Source: the human T2T-CHM13v2.0 reference genome, Homo sapiens. Taken from it: a DNA stretch of 64,000 nt. The DNA is taken from assembly GCF_009914755.1 (NCBI RefSeq), contig NC_060926.1. One strand, written 5' to 3'. The position numbers and the translations under genes are program-made. This document shows positions 1-14,601 of this stretch, one piece after another. A model generated the notes under the pieces. That model worked only from the letters and a program-made list of their open reading frames with translations. It made no database searches and was not told the origin of the DNA. Position 1 is the first letter of the stretch; the number at the start of each line of letters is the position of its first letter.

Positions 1-218
1 ATATCAACTAACAAGAGATTTACAGAAATCCAGCCCTTAGACTGTCTCACTAAGAGCTCTCATCATATATTCTGTGACATGGAAATCAGCCTCAATGGAG
101 GACATAGCTGAAGGGACATGGATACAGTTCATCCTACTCCTATAGTTTGCACTCAGTCATTATCAACATATATGAATTGCATCCTGAATAATCCCCAAAC
201 TAAAGAATGCCTGTAGAA

Positions 219-512
<294 letters not shown>

Positions 513-1208
513 TGTAGAATGTTAATATTGAGCAACATTGGCGAGGCTAACTCTGTCAATTGTGGCAGTCAGAATTCTATGACCCAGAATAGACAAAATC
601 AGGTAAGCCCCACACAGCTCTCTAAGTGAATCTTAGCCTTGACTCTGTCTAGATTGGCTACATGTAAAAATCTTTGCCCCAGTGACAAGGATTTTGATAG
701 AATTTCACTGTTAAAAAGATTAAAATCTTAATTTGAAATGAGTTTATTTTAAATAAACTGCATTAAGAGAACCAGAAATTCCTTAGGAAGATAAAAGTTT
801 ATAAAACTTTTTTTATTGACAGGAAGTGAGAGAGAGGGAACATTGAACTCTTTCCATTTCTCTAGATTATAAGCAATTTTGGGAAAGGATTTGACAGTAT
901 CATATTTACTTCTGTGGCCCAATTAATGAGGAAGTTCAACACTAATTGAAACTCATTTAGTGAAATGAACGCATGCTTCAGCAATATTTCAAGGTAAGTT
1001 TATTACAGACCTCTGAGGACTTGTAGTTCTGGTTTTCTTCATTCTAAAACTTGTTCCGCCTTTGATATTTGGTTTTAGGTTTGTCATGTTCTTCTCCTCC
1101 CTGTTTATGACCTACCTTGTTCAGTGTTGGCCACTTAATGTCATTTCCTGTCTCCTAATGTCTGAGATACATCTTCCTTCAATGTTTCCTTTCTGTCCTA
1201 AGTTCAAG

Positions 1209-1240
1209 TGAGGCTTTTTACCATGAGGCTTTTTACCATG
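1209..1240. repeat. 15-bp tandem duplication (tgaggctttttacca x2)
   Basis: Two perfect adjacent copies read directly. Confidence 0.9.
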
Positions 1241-1690
1241 CAATACTGACCTTCATATCTAGCCAGTGGTGCCCTTTATCTTGTCTACAGACTGAAAAGC
1301 AGAGGAAAATGATTTGTACTCTGTCAGCTCTTTACTATCCTTCATGAATTTCCATTCCTTATAACTTTAACTGTCTAAATGTAAAGCCATGTTTTCAAAC
1401 TTTAAAGCTCAAAAGGTGTAAGTGAATGTCCAGGGTCATTAAATTTGTGTAGACAGTTTATGCAAGAATATCAACTTCTGATGATATAAGCACAAAACAA
1501 TGTTATTTATGCAAATACTGCTATGTAGTGAGTCCCTTAATATATTGACGTTTTCAATATATTTCTAGTCACTTCTCAATAATTAGAAGAGTTTTTCATT
1601 ATTGAAGATGCTGCCTTGATTATTTAACTAGATTATAAGTTTCTTCTCCTTTTCACCAGTCCAGGTTAAATCTCTTATGGCTTTAGTGTT

Positions 1691-1996
<306 letters not shown>

Positions 1997-2228
1997 AGCT
2001 TTGGTGTTCCAAAACAGGGAGAGAGAAGATAAGAGCAGACAGGATGATTATTTACACATTCCTCTTTTTCTTTTTCTAGTTCTAGTTATTATGGTTGGAA
2101 GGAGGGATGGATAGGGGAAGTGAAAATGTTTCTTGGCTTATCCAGAAGAGGGATCAGTTTGGTCAGGTTGATTTTTGTTGTTTCTCTAGATAACTGAAAC
2201 TGGTTATTCTTGTTTTCTATGTACCAAT

Positions 2229-2232
<4 letters not shown>

Positions 2233-2260
<28 letters not shown>
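2233..2260. repeat. poly-T mononucleotide tract (~28 nt)
   Basis: Read directly; no SINE body attached. Confidence 0.9.
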
Positions 2261-3058
2261 GGAGCAGGAGACCCTGATAGGTTAGTAAGAATCTCCTCCA
2301 AGTGGGTATCCTATAGCACAATTTCCTACCTCAAAAATAAGGCTCTGCCTATGTCTATTACAATGCCATGTATTTCCCACCAGTGTCAGTCTATCCCACA
2401 GCCTCTCACTGAAGAAGTTCTTCCTGTCTGGTCAGATGATATTGCCACATGTGAAGGACAAGCAACTCCAGGCAGCTTCCTCCTTCCCTGCTCTTCCATT
2501 TCTTTCTAATGCTATTTCTCTGCCTATGTAGTACAGGAACACTTTGGCAAGTGCTCTGGATAAGCAGCCAGCCACCGAAGAACCAACTTCTCTCTGTCTT
2601 TCTTTTGGACACGTATTCTTATGAAGTGAATCCCTTGGTTTTGGGAAGGTGAACACACTTCTCCAACAATATTCACAAACATTTCACAAGGTCTCATCTC
2701 ATCTCTTAGCTCGTTCTTATACTGTCCCCTCTGCTGGAGTCATGCTTTTGGGAAAACAAGAAAAATCATACTCAGCCTCACTTGACATTAACAAGTATAA
2801 CTGGCACTAAGAGTTTCTAATCCTTTATCCCTCAAGGAAAGCCCCATCTGGCATGGACCAGGAGGGTTTGACTTGTGCTGGAGCTGAAAGATCTTTTCAA
2901 GGCAACCAAGTCAAGCAAGATTGGCTGAGATCTAGAGAAGCCCAGCCAGATGGCAGTTGAAGAGACAGTGGGAGATAAATGCTGTCAAGTTTGAATCAGA
3001 GTAAGCTGGTTGCTGCATAATGTCAGAGGAAGTTCATTGCATGGGAGAACCCTATGTA

Positions 3059-3736
3059 CAGAAGTCCTCCTTTATCCATGATTACACTTTCTGTTATTTC
3101 AGTTATCTGAGGTCAATGGGAGTCCAAAAATATTAAATGAGAAATTCCAGAAGTAAACAATTTAGAAGTTTGAAATTGTGTGCCCTTCTGAGTAGTGTAA
3201 TGAAATCTCGTGCTGTGTAGCTCTGTCCCACCCAGGATGCGAATCATTCCTTTGTCAAGTTAATCCACACTGTATATGCTGCCCACATGTTAGTTATTGA
3301 CATTGTCTGCTTCTGACATCCAACCATCAACTTCATCATGGCTCCAAGATCCAGGACCACTTAAAGCAGATGATCCTCATCCCAGACTTCTGATATATCC
3401 TATTCCACCTAGGTCATTCACCTCACTTCATCTCATCATGTAGGCATTTTATCATCTTACATCATCACAAGAAGAGTGAGTAGAGAACAATAAAATATTT
3501 TGAGAGAGCGACCACAGTCACATGACTTTTGTCACAGTATATTATTACAATTGATCCATTTTATAATTATGTATTACTGTTAATCTCTTACTGTGTCTAA
3601 TCTATAAATTAAACTTTATCATAGGCATGTATATATAGAAAAAACATAACATGTATTGGGTTCAGTACTATCTGTGATTTCAGGCATCCACTGGAGGTCT
3701 TAGAACATATTCCCATCAGGTTAGGGGGGACCACTG
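3059..3736 (+). mobile_element. MER44 (Tigger7-derived, TcMar-Tigger) DNA transposon fossil
   Basis: Termini cagaagtcctcctttatcc ... ggttaggggggaccactg resemble the MER44 TIRs; TA before the start; internal match to the MER44 consensus (aaaatattaaatgagaaattccagaa...). Confidence 0.85.
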
Positions 3737-4193
3737 CATAAAGCAATTATAAAATAAATAAGAAACGTATAAGTTTATGTCTCATTAAAGCTGTACTTTT
3801 ATGTATAAAAAGTATTTCTTGGGCATAACACAATAAGTCAGATATAACTGAGGTATGAGTGGCAGGTATACAACACAGCTAAGTCATAAATAAGATGAAC
3901 ACTTTCTGATCGATCCCTAATTAACTGGAATTTCTAAGACAGGCCTTGCTAAATCGTTCACAAGTGGAGAGCAAGGGTTCTGGGGATTCCTGTGTGAAAT
4001 GAGAACAGCAACACTGGGTTTGTACCACTACTAGTTGTGTTTAGACACCATGTTCTGCTACAGCCATTCTGGCTGCAAATCTCTCACACCATATGCAATA
4101 GCAAGAATACTGCACTGTCCTGCCTCCATTTCTAGGGGCATTTTCTATAACTGTGCATCTGAATATTTCTCACTTCTCTTGTAAGCATCACTA

Positions 4194-4602
<409 letters not shown>

Positions 4603-5679
4603 TTAAAAACATATATGGCCTCCTTCCCTCCAAATTTCCTTGTCCTTATTTTAAGGTACTGATGTGGAAGAAGGAATAGAGTTTTTGGAGAAGTGACAAT
4701 ACTGACATTTTCCTAATATTCATTATACTCTCAATCTTCTTTTCCTTGTCGTACACTGCCCAGAGGACTAGAAGTGACCTAATTATGAAGTGGTTTAGGT
4801 GTCTTAGTTGGGATGAATAATTAATAGGGGATCTATTAAGTTGACCTGGACCCTCCAAAAAGTGATTTTAAGAGATCTCACCTCACAAACCATAAAGATG
4901 CATTATACTTTGCAATGTACAAGATTTTGGGTCTTCATTTGGAGACCTGAGTCTCATATTAATTGTTTATTTAAATTAAGATATACACATATACCTACAC
5001 ACATGCTATAATGAACATAACAGGCCAAGAACATACTCGGTAAGGAAAGAGTCACAAAATAAAAATGAAAGAAGGTACTGAAAAAGAACGACTAGGCTAG
5101 CATATTTCACACACATTTTTCCTTATAAAGTGTGCTGTCAAAATAATTCCCTGCTGATGTTATAGCTTCAAGTATTTTTTCTATTGTTTTTACACTTTTC
5201 TCTGAAAGAGCAAAAAGCCAATTGGTTTTATTCACTAATAAAGACAATCTTGTCCAATTAGCATTAAAATGTCATAATTAATTACCACGAATGGAAAATT
5301 ATTCTATCAAGTGAGCCAACATGATGGAAACCAATTTCCAATCATCTGGTGTCATATGAAGTATTCTTTCAAAAGCATCCTTCAAAATATAGTCTCTACA
5401 TGGCATCATATATTGTTGATATATTATAGAATATGGTTTCTGCACTTCATTAATATCACTCTGGGATGTGGCTTGAGATTATCACATCTGAACAACATGA
5501 AAGAACACGCAAATCAGTTTCATTAAAAAAAATGCCTGTTGTAAGACAAAAAGGACAATGGTACGAGAAAGTCATCCTGTCTATGTTTAAAGACAATGCT
5601 TTGTTCTTCCTCTTCCCCTTCCATCTCCCATTCCCTTCACATGCACACACAATAAAATCAGTCTACAAGCCATGAGATA

Positions 5680-7515
5680 GGGTAACCATAGGGGTCAGGG
5701 GAGTAGTCAGTGTGGGATGTCATGGCTAAAGGTAGGTGAGGATGGCATGCACAATGTACAAGGAAGCAAATTATAAGGTAGACTAGCATGGGGTTTGGAG
5801 CCCAAATGGGATGAGGAGGGGTTAACCCAATGGAAGCATCAGTGTTTGAATGGCCTGAGAAGGAAATACCAGCATGGGAGAGGGAACTCGGCATGGAGAA
5901 TGTGATCATGAATAGTATGAGAAAGATGTCTCCATAAAGGCTGTTTTTTCTCTGGGTGTGGGAACCCAAGTGGGTTGAAAAAGACACCTGCATGGGATGA
6001 CTATACAGTATGAAAGTGATAACCTTAGTAAGAAGAGCGTATCTCCACATGGGAGAACACATTGTCGGGAGGTATCAGACCCCAGGTGAGGCAGGTGGAG
6101 AGGTGAAATGAGGGGGAATTCCACGCTATAGTGTAGTCTTACTCAGGGAGCTGGGATAAAGTTGGAGAGATGAGGGCGTTCACATGTTGTAGGAGCAGTG
6201 CAGCCTGGAGTGAGATGTTAGAGCTCAAGTGAGATAAGAAAGGCATCTATGTGTGAAGGTAGCAGCAGTGTTGGGATATTGGGTACATAGACGGGGAACT
6301 GATCATATAAAGAATTATGCTGATAATAATGGAAACTAGGTTTCTCACTAACAAAGAAGGAAATTACAAATGTAGAAAGACTTTTAATTGCAATGTAATA
6401 CCATAGGATTTACACTAGTTTTCCCGCTTTCCACATTTGTAAAAACTCATTATTTTTAATGTAAAAATACAGAAATATATAAAAATGTAAATATGCGTCT
6501 GTGAATGTGTTTTGCAGGTTTTCCATCAAAAAATCCTGGAAGCAGGGACATCCCAATAGTAATAAGCACACCTTGAACTCAGATATTGATTTCTAAATTT
6601 CATTCTCACCCAGAAAGAACCAGGAGTCTCTGCAGAAAAGTTTGATTTTAGAGATTGGGCAGGAAAGGACAAAATGACCTTAGAACATCATATTATACCA
6701 GAAAACAAGAAAAGGTTCAAATGATGAACAGAGATGCCAAAAGAACACAGAAGGCGATGTAAAGGACTCCCACTGGCCAAACATGGGACAGTTTGAACAT
6801 CAAAAGAAGTAATGATGTTAATGGGTAGCAGCTTATTGAATAAAGTAGAAACCACAATTTACAGCGACTTACAAAAACAAATGAATAAATTCAACGTCTG
6901 CATGGTGAAGAAGCATGGTAGGCACCACTTTAAACAAGTGATCAAAGTTAACATTACCATAAATGTGACACATTGAGATCTTAGGCAACCTAATAAGATG
7001 CAACGAGCAGAATACAATATTACTTCTTTAATATGTTCACCTTAGATGAACAACCTGAATCCAGTTGTGAGTAAACATCAGACAAATTCAAATTGAGAAA
7101 CATTCCATAAAATATCTGGCCTCTATCAATAAAGGTGCCAATGTAAGAAAGCCAAGCAAAGACTGAGAAATCATTTTAGAATAAAGAAAATTAAAGAGAT
7201 TAATGCATCATACAATTCTGAACTGAATTCTTTTGCCATAAGGAACACTTTGGAACATTTGGTAAAACTCGGATGGCAGCTTCAACTCAACTTTAAGGAA
7301 TAAATGGTAGTAATATGTCAGTGCTAATTTTGATGGTTGTATTGTGATTTGCAGAAAACATTATCTTGCTCTAAAAACCACATACTGAAGTATCTGGGGG
7401 TGATGAGACACGTGACAGCCACTTTTTCAAATGGTAAAGGAAAAATTATTTTTGTAATACTTTCAATTTTTCTGTAACCTTGAGGTTGTTCAAAATAATA
7501 AATTAAAGAATAAAG
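5680..7515 (+). mobile_element. Ancient L1 3' UTR (L1MC4-like)
   Basis: catcagacaaattcaaattgagaaacattcc and ctttcaatttttctgtaaccttgag...aataaa match L1MC 3' ends; degenerate G-rich tandem block at 5700-6260; boundaries approximate. Confidence 0.6.
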
Positions 7516-7659
7516 GTAAAAATATAAAGGCAAGACATTGTCAACATATATGTGTGCTAATGTCACCAAGAAAAGGAAAGAGTAATTTGGTGTTTTTTCC
7601 TCTCTGCATATGACAATGAAATGGATAAAAGGTGATACAATAGAAAAATTACTTAATTT

Positions 7660-7850
7660 GGGGCCAGATGGCTTTAGGAACTAGCTCCAATTCTTACTCA
7701 CAAATAAAATTGAACAAATCTACTTAGGTCTCAGTTTTCTCCATGTAGATGTGACATCAATGCTCACATTTTTCTCAAGCTTGCTATGAGGCTCAAAGGA
7801 GTTGTTTGTGAAAGCATTTTGTAAACTATAAGGTGGCATAGGAAAGTCAA
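7660..7850 (+). mobile_element. MIR SINE fragment
   Basis: Core gtctcagttttctccatgtaga ... gtgaaagcattttgtaaact. Confidence 0.55.
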
Positions 7851-8689
7851 TGATTAATTAGTAACATGATCAAGCTGAGCTCAACCTGTATTATTTGTTC
7901 CTGTTGCAAAATTCCTGGTGTGTTTGCTCAAGATCAATCAATTCAATTCTGATTCAATGGCCCCTTCTGTTGGTCTGACATATTTCACACTCCACAGCTG
8001 TGCCATATGGCTCAAAGGGGTGTGTAAGTTTGAATCTACAGTACTCCTTCTTGCTCCATTCGGCATGCTGCTCTGAAGTTGCCTAATTATCTTGCTGTCA
8101 AACATTTTTGGCTTACACACAGCCAAGCAGAGTCATATTTCTGCAAGTATTGCTCTAAGATCACTGAGCTAGCTCAGTTCAGATCTTCTCCTGGCAAATC
8201 AGTCTTAACCTTGAAATTAAGAACACTCGTAGATGACATTAATAAAAGGCAACATAAAATTGTTTTCTTTTGTTTGTTTTACAAAGTACAGTAACCCTCT
8301 GAGGTAAACATATGAGGAGTTTTGTTTTTGTTTTTGTTTTTTGCAGTATATTTATTTCTAACCATTTGAAAGTTCAGAAAAGTATGGTCCAGAGAGATCA
8401 TTGCTTTTCTTAAGGAAACTCAGAAGGAAACAAGAGCCTACATCCTCTCTGATCTTTATACAGGCTATACAACTATGATCTTACTGTGGACACTGACTCT
8501 GACATGCACCTTTATACTACAATAAAAGATTATGTCAAAGGATGTGGTAACTCACCAAACTAGATAACATATATCCTTTTAAATGAGTTTTCAGGTGATG
8601 TCTGTTGGCACAGTTAATTTTTCATCAATCCATAATTCTTAAGCAGAATCAGTAAAAGCATCACACCAAGTTACATTGGAGACTGATGA

Positions 8690-8876
8690 CAAAATATCAG
8701 TCATACTGAGTCTATCTTTGCTTAAAATTTTGATGTTTTGTTCATCATAGATTTTTTTCACTAGTTTTTGTTTAAAAAAAAGCATTGCTTTAAAATATGT
8801 TTACCTTCATTACTGAGATATTGGGCACCTCCTTAAATTTTGGATCTCACTTGCCTCATCTCAGTCATGGCCTTGG
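8690..8876. mobile_element. hAT-Tip100 DNA transposon fragment (MER96B-like)
   Basis: gcttaaaattttgatgttttgttcatcat...ggcacctccttaaatttt...ctcacttgcctcatctcagtcatggccttg terminus. Confidence 0.55.
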
Positions 8877-9324
8877 TTCCTAGAATAACATTGGTTATAC
8901 AATAAATAATAATTATTATTATTACTTACTAATGATTTTAGTATTGTTTTTATCATGAAGTCTGAACTGCCATAATCATAATAACAATGAGACTTGGCTA
9001 CATTTTGATATCATGGTCTTTATGGCTGCAGAAACATATGTATGTCTGTGTGTAGATCCTCTGCAGAAACTGAAGGAGCTGTGAGGAAGTGTGTCCATTC
9101 TCAATCTGTCATCCATCAGAGAGCTGAAACCCTGAATGGCAGAAGCCTGAGAAAGTATTCTCCATAATAATTCATCTTTTCTTATTACACCATAAACCAG
9201 AATAGATGGTCACCTACTAGTCCAAAGACTTAGATTTCTCAAGAGAATTCCAAGGAGAAGGAGTTTGTACCAGTGAACTAGCTTAGATGAAACAACTAAC
9301 TTTATCTTAATTACTACTTATTTA

Positions 9325-9640
9325 TCCATCCATCTTTTCATTCATTCATTCAACAAGCATATTCTGAGTACCTACAGAGCACATAGAAGGAACTCAAGGA
9401 AGACCATGAAGAAGAGGTGACATCTAAGCAGAACACTTAAGAACAAATAGGTTGCCCTGGACTACACAAAAACAGGAAAACCATTTAATGCAGAAGAAGT
9501 AGGCATGTGAGAATATAAAGTTTTCTAGAGAATTCTAGCAGTACAAAATAGCTAGACAGTAACGTGGTGATGTGGCAAAATTTAAGTCTAGAAAACTCAG
9601 AGGCAAGCTTATAAAATAATGTGCAGAAAATGAGAAGGAT
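9325..9640 (-). mobile_element. L2 LINE 3' fragment
   Basis: (ttca)n tail followed by caacaagcatattctgagtacctac; gaagaggtgacatctaagc motif. Confidence 0.6.
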
Positions 9641-9699
9641 TAAAGAACATGCTTCTTGTCACATGGATCATAGACTAAGCAATTTGATTATGCTATGAC

Positions 9700-11130
9700 T
9701 TGGAGTGGTTTTCTTCATGTTTTTTCACTTGGTCTTTGATGAGCTTTTTGAATATGTAGCTTTATAACTTAATACAACTTGAAAATACTTTGACCATTTT
9801 TAAAATAATTTTTGTATTTTCTCTCCTTTCCTATTACTATAAATACATTAATATAGTCTGTTTGATATTGTCCCGTGGCTCACACTGATCCTCTGTTCAA
9901 TTTTTAAATATATTTTATATTTTAGAATAGTTTTAAATTTACAAAAAGTTGTAAAAATAGTACAGAGAGTATATACCTCACATCAACTTTCCATTAATAT
10001 TAGCATCTTACATTAGTATGTAAACTTGTGAATTATATTTTCTATGTTTCAACTTTGTATAACTTTGATTGCTATGTCTTCAATTTTACTCATCTTTTCT
10101 TGCTACATATAATCTAGTCTTAATCCCATCCAATGTATTTTTCATTTCAGATACCTAATTTTTTAATTTCTAGAATTTGATTTGGGCCATGTTTATGTCA
10201 CACATGCTTCTCTTTTTTATATTTATGGGACATCTATTTTATTGCACATGCGGTATATATTTATAATTGTGGTGTTAGTTCCTTGCACATTATTCTCATA
10301 TTCATATCTTTTGTTGTGTCTCTGTCAATTGAGGTTTTTTCTCATTATGAATTGTATTTGCCTATTTGCATTCCTGGTAATTTTGTTTTATTCCAGTCAT
10401 TGTGAATTTTGTGCTTTGGTGTACAGTTTTTGTTTTCCTTTAAATATTTTTAAATCTCTTTCTTCATACAGTTAAATTAGTTGGAAAGAATTTGATCCTT
10501 TTGAGGGTTTCTATGCTAGGTGGACTAAGATCAGTGTAGTCTAGTTTTAACATGTGCTCATTACTGAGGCAATATCCTTCTGAGAATTCTACTCAATATC
10601 ACATGCATCAGAAGGCCTTTCCATTGTGTCTGATGGGAACAAACTGCTCCTGTTCCTATGTGAACTCTGAAGGTGGTTCTATAGGCTCATTTTGAGGGGT
10701 CCCTTTCCCAGTGTCAGTAGTTTCCACATATCCTTGTATTGATTATTACTCTGGTGAAAACTTAAAGGGAAATGTCTCCATAATTTCAGAGAGATACTTC
10801 TTTCTCTCTCTCCTTCTATCTGTCCTCTTTCTCTCTCTCCTCTCTCTTTTTTCAGCTCTATCCTCTGTGGCACTCCACCCTACAAATTCTACCTACTTTG
10901 CCCTTCCTGAAATCTGAACTGTGTCTTTCAATTCTCGTTTTTGGAAATACTTTCTATGTGGTACTTTGGGGCCATCGAAGGGCTCACCATATTTTTTTTC
11001 TTCTCTCAGGAATTATTGCCCCATTATGCTTATTGTCCAATGTCCATCATTTCAAATATTTTGTGTTTTAACTGTTTAAAGTAGAAAGATAATCTGGTCT
11101 CTGTTACTTCATCATGGCAATAAAAAAGTA
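9700..11130 (-). mobile_element. Ancient L1M 5'/ORF1 fragments, with a short L1MC 3'-end piece at ~9905-10025
   Basis: T-rich antisense L1 ORF1-like sequence; ttttagaatagttttaaatttacaaaaagttg...agtacagagag is an L1MC 3' signature. Confidence 0.55.
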
Positions 11131-11274
11131 ACAAATATATAAATAATTTTTTTAATTATTCCACTTATACTAATGCAAATAAATAATTTAGATGTGTTTA
11201 ACTACTAATGCATTTTTTACATTTTTCAGTGGATATCTATTTCTTCCTTCAGAGGCACAAAAGACAAAAAGAAT

Positions 11275-11694
11275 TGTATTAGTGTGATCTCACGTTGCTA
11301 TAAAGCAATACATGAGACTGAGTAATTTAAAAATAAAAGAGGTTTAGTTAGCTCACACTCTGCAGGCCATACAGGAAGCATGATGGTGGCATCTGCTTGG
11401 CTCTTGGGGAGGCCTCAAGGAACTTACAATCATGGAAGAAGGTGAAGGGGAAGCAGGCATGTCACATGATGAGAGTAGGAGGAAGAGAGAAAGGAGGGAG
11501 GTGCTACATAGTTTTAAACAACCAGATCTCATGAGAACTCACTATCACAAGGGCAGTACCAAGGGGATGGTCCTAAACCATTCATGAGAAACCATCCCCA
11601 TGATCTAATCACCTCCCATCAGGCCCCACATCCAACATTGGGGACTACAATTCAACATGAGGTTTGGACAAGGACACAGATCTAAACCTTATGA
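11275..11694 (-). mobile_element. MSTA solo LTR (ERVL-MaLR)
   Basis: tgtattagt...gctataaag...ggaagcatgatggtggcatctgcttggc...caattcaacatgaggtttgg. Confidence 0.85.
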
Positions 11695-11854
11695 GGGGTT
11701 TATTATGGGCTTTTTTTGTTTTTTCCAACTAGAATTCTAAGAGAAAACAGCTGAAATTATAGAGTGGCTAGAAAAGTGCAGGTGTTGCACTGGGGAACAA
11801 GAACAGAAAAATACGATTCAGGTTCATCTCAGATGGTTTTAAATCTGCTTCTTC

Positions 11855-12151
11855 TTTTTTTTTTTTCTTTTGAGACAGACTCTCTGTCGCCCAGGCTGCA
11901 GTGCAGCAACACAATATCTCGTCTCATTGCAGCCTCCACCTCCTGGGTTCAAGCAATTTTCCTGCCTCAGCCTCCCAAGTAGATGGGATTACAGGCACCC
12001 ACCACCACGCCCAGCTCATGTTTGTATTTTTAGTAGAGATGAGGTTTCACCATGTTGGCCAGGATGGTCTTGAACTCCTGACCTCAAGTGAACCACCCAC
12101 CTAAGCCTCCCAAAGTGCTGGGATTACAGGTGTGAACCACCACACCCAGCC
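11855..12151 (-). mobile_element. Alu SINE (AluSx/Sz)
   Basis: Full Alu; perfect 15-bp TSD taaatctgcttcttc. Confidence 0.95.
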
Positions 12152-12557
12152 TAAATCTGCTTCTTCATATGTTACTACCTCCAAATGTATTACTTTATAA
12201 ATCCTTGGTTGAAAGTAACTAATTTTGTCTCTATGAAACCTGGTTGTTTAGGTTAATTGAAAAACAGAATATATTCCTCTTTGATTTTACTTTGGAATCT
12301 TTTTTCTTTAGTTCACAATCATGGGTGTGAATTTATTGTGATAAACTACCACAATTGCAGTAATTCCTCACAATGTGAAGCAGTTGATTGAAATTGTTTT
12401 CTTGCAACACTATATGTAATCTGAATACATTTTCTGACTTTTTTGAAATAGGGTCAATAAGCAAGTGTATCTGTGTAGTATGGGGTAATAATAAAGCTTA
12501 CATTCCATTTTGATAAAGAATAAAGAATTCACAATTAAAGATGCAAAAATAACTTTT

Positions 12558-12974
<417 letters not shown>

Positions 12975-14381
12975 TTATCACAATTTTTTCCATATTTCTT
13001 AAAAATGGTTATGAATGATAAATCTGGTTGGTGTTTGTATTTTATTTTGGCAGAAAATAAACCTAATATTGCCTTTTAATTTAATTAACTAAGCCTCTGA
13101 TTCTATGGCAGCTTCAATTTTGTCAGCAATAATAAGGATGGGATGCATGTCTCTTTGTCTCAAAAATGTTAATATCATCCAAAAAGCGAGAAAAAAGGAA
13201 AAGATATTCCACGAAGCTGACCTTGTAAACCTTAATGGATTACTAATTAGTATGTCAGGTTTAATTTTTTGATCAAGAATGAATGGTAACACTTGAGTAC
13301 ATTTTTATTAGCCCACTTTAAATTCTTCTATCACTGCCATTGAAGATATGCATAAAGAAGAGAGTCGACTATTGATGCTGTTTTTTTCACATATCTCCAA
13401 AGAAATGATTGTTTACATAATTGTGGTGGATAGCACAATATATCCAGCAAGCAGTAGGCAAGAGAAGGCTCTTTATTTTTCTAATAGTTGATTTGCTTAA
13501 ATCTAGATGAAGAACTGGAGACCATATCTTACCCTAAAATCTGTGTTGTCACTTGAAATATTTCAGAAAGTTTCCTTTTCCTGTTGTATCATCCAGCAAA
13601 GTTTCACGAAACAGCATGCTTTCATTCACAGTGTTTTCCAAAATATATCTTACAAATGCCAACAACTGAGCACAACCTGAAACATCTGTGAATTCATCCA
13701 TTTATGGGGCAAAGTAATCACTTCCCATACTCTTAAAAAACAGCTGTTCACAGGCATTAATTGCCATGTTACTGACACACTTTAGAACAGCAGCATTTGA
13801 CAATGGCACACATGTTAATTTGTTTACCACATCTGGTTCTTTTCCAGTGAATACCGTCTTCATGGCAGATGGGAATAGAAGAGTACTTGCAATTATGTAG
13901 TTTAAGAGGGCACTGAGTTGAGATGGATTGAGTATCCATTTAAGTGACTAAAATTTTATGTTAAAACCCATGTGTAAATTTCTTTACATTTTTGGCTGAA
14001 GAGCTCTACAATCAAGGTTTTGTTTTATTTTTAGAAATATGCAAATTGAGTCTATGAGGATATAATAATTTTAAAGACAATACTTCCATATGTCGGATCT
14101 TTAACATTATAACACACCTATCTTAAAAAAGAGGGACACGTTGGGGTCTTCTCTTCCTCAAGAGATCTGAGAGCATCAGAGCTCACCCATACATAGAGTG
14201 ATTAAATATTGCCCGTTTTCATCACCCAGGACTCTTGGGACAGCAATAGAGGCTGTGACATTCATAGGATTTGTTTGGGAACACCAGATCTTTGTAGATT
14301 AAAAGTAAAAAGCTACACTGGCACTTCTGTTTTTTTTTTTTTTTTCCTTTTCCCTGCTAAATTCTTCTTTTTATTTACACT

Positions 14382-14383
<2 letters not shown>

Positions 14384-14423
<40 letters not shown>
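14384..14423. repeat. (CG)3(CA)~17 microsatellite
   Basis: Read directly. Confidence 0.95.
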
Positions 14424-14424
<1 letters not shown>

Positions 14425-14601
14425 CTACTCTGAAGACCCAATCAGCCTGGGAGAAGAGACTTGCATATGAATTCTATCAAGTATTTAGTCTGCTAAAATC
14501 CCTCTGGGATTAATATAAATATCCAGTGTCTTCTATAGTATCTTCTTTCCCTTGGCTGTGCCTTGAATTGACTTGACTTCTGAAGCTAGTCTACATTCTT
14601 C

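Noticed and set aside
1496-1516. SOX site plus octamer (aacaatg...atgcaaat)
   Set aside because: Wrong orientation and spacing for the canonical composite; octamers are frequent in AT-rich DNA
2233-2720. Poly-T plus adjacent unique sequence as a minus-strand processed pseudogene
   Set aside because: No poly(A) signal next to the tract, no TSD, and no recognisable protein in any frame
8163-8178. Perfect 16-bp palindrome actgagctagctcagt
   Set aside because: About one palindrome with 8-bp arms is expected by chance per 65 kb
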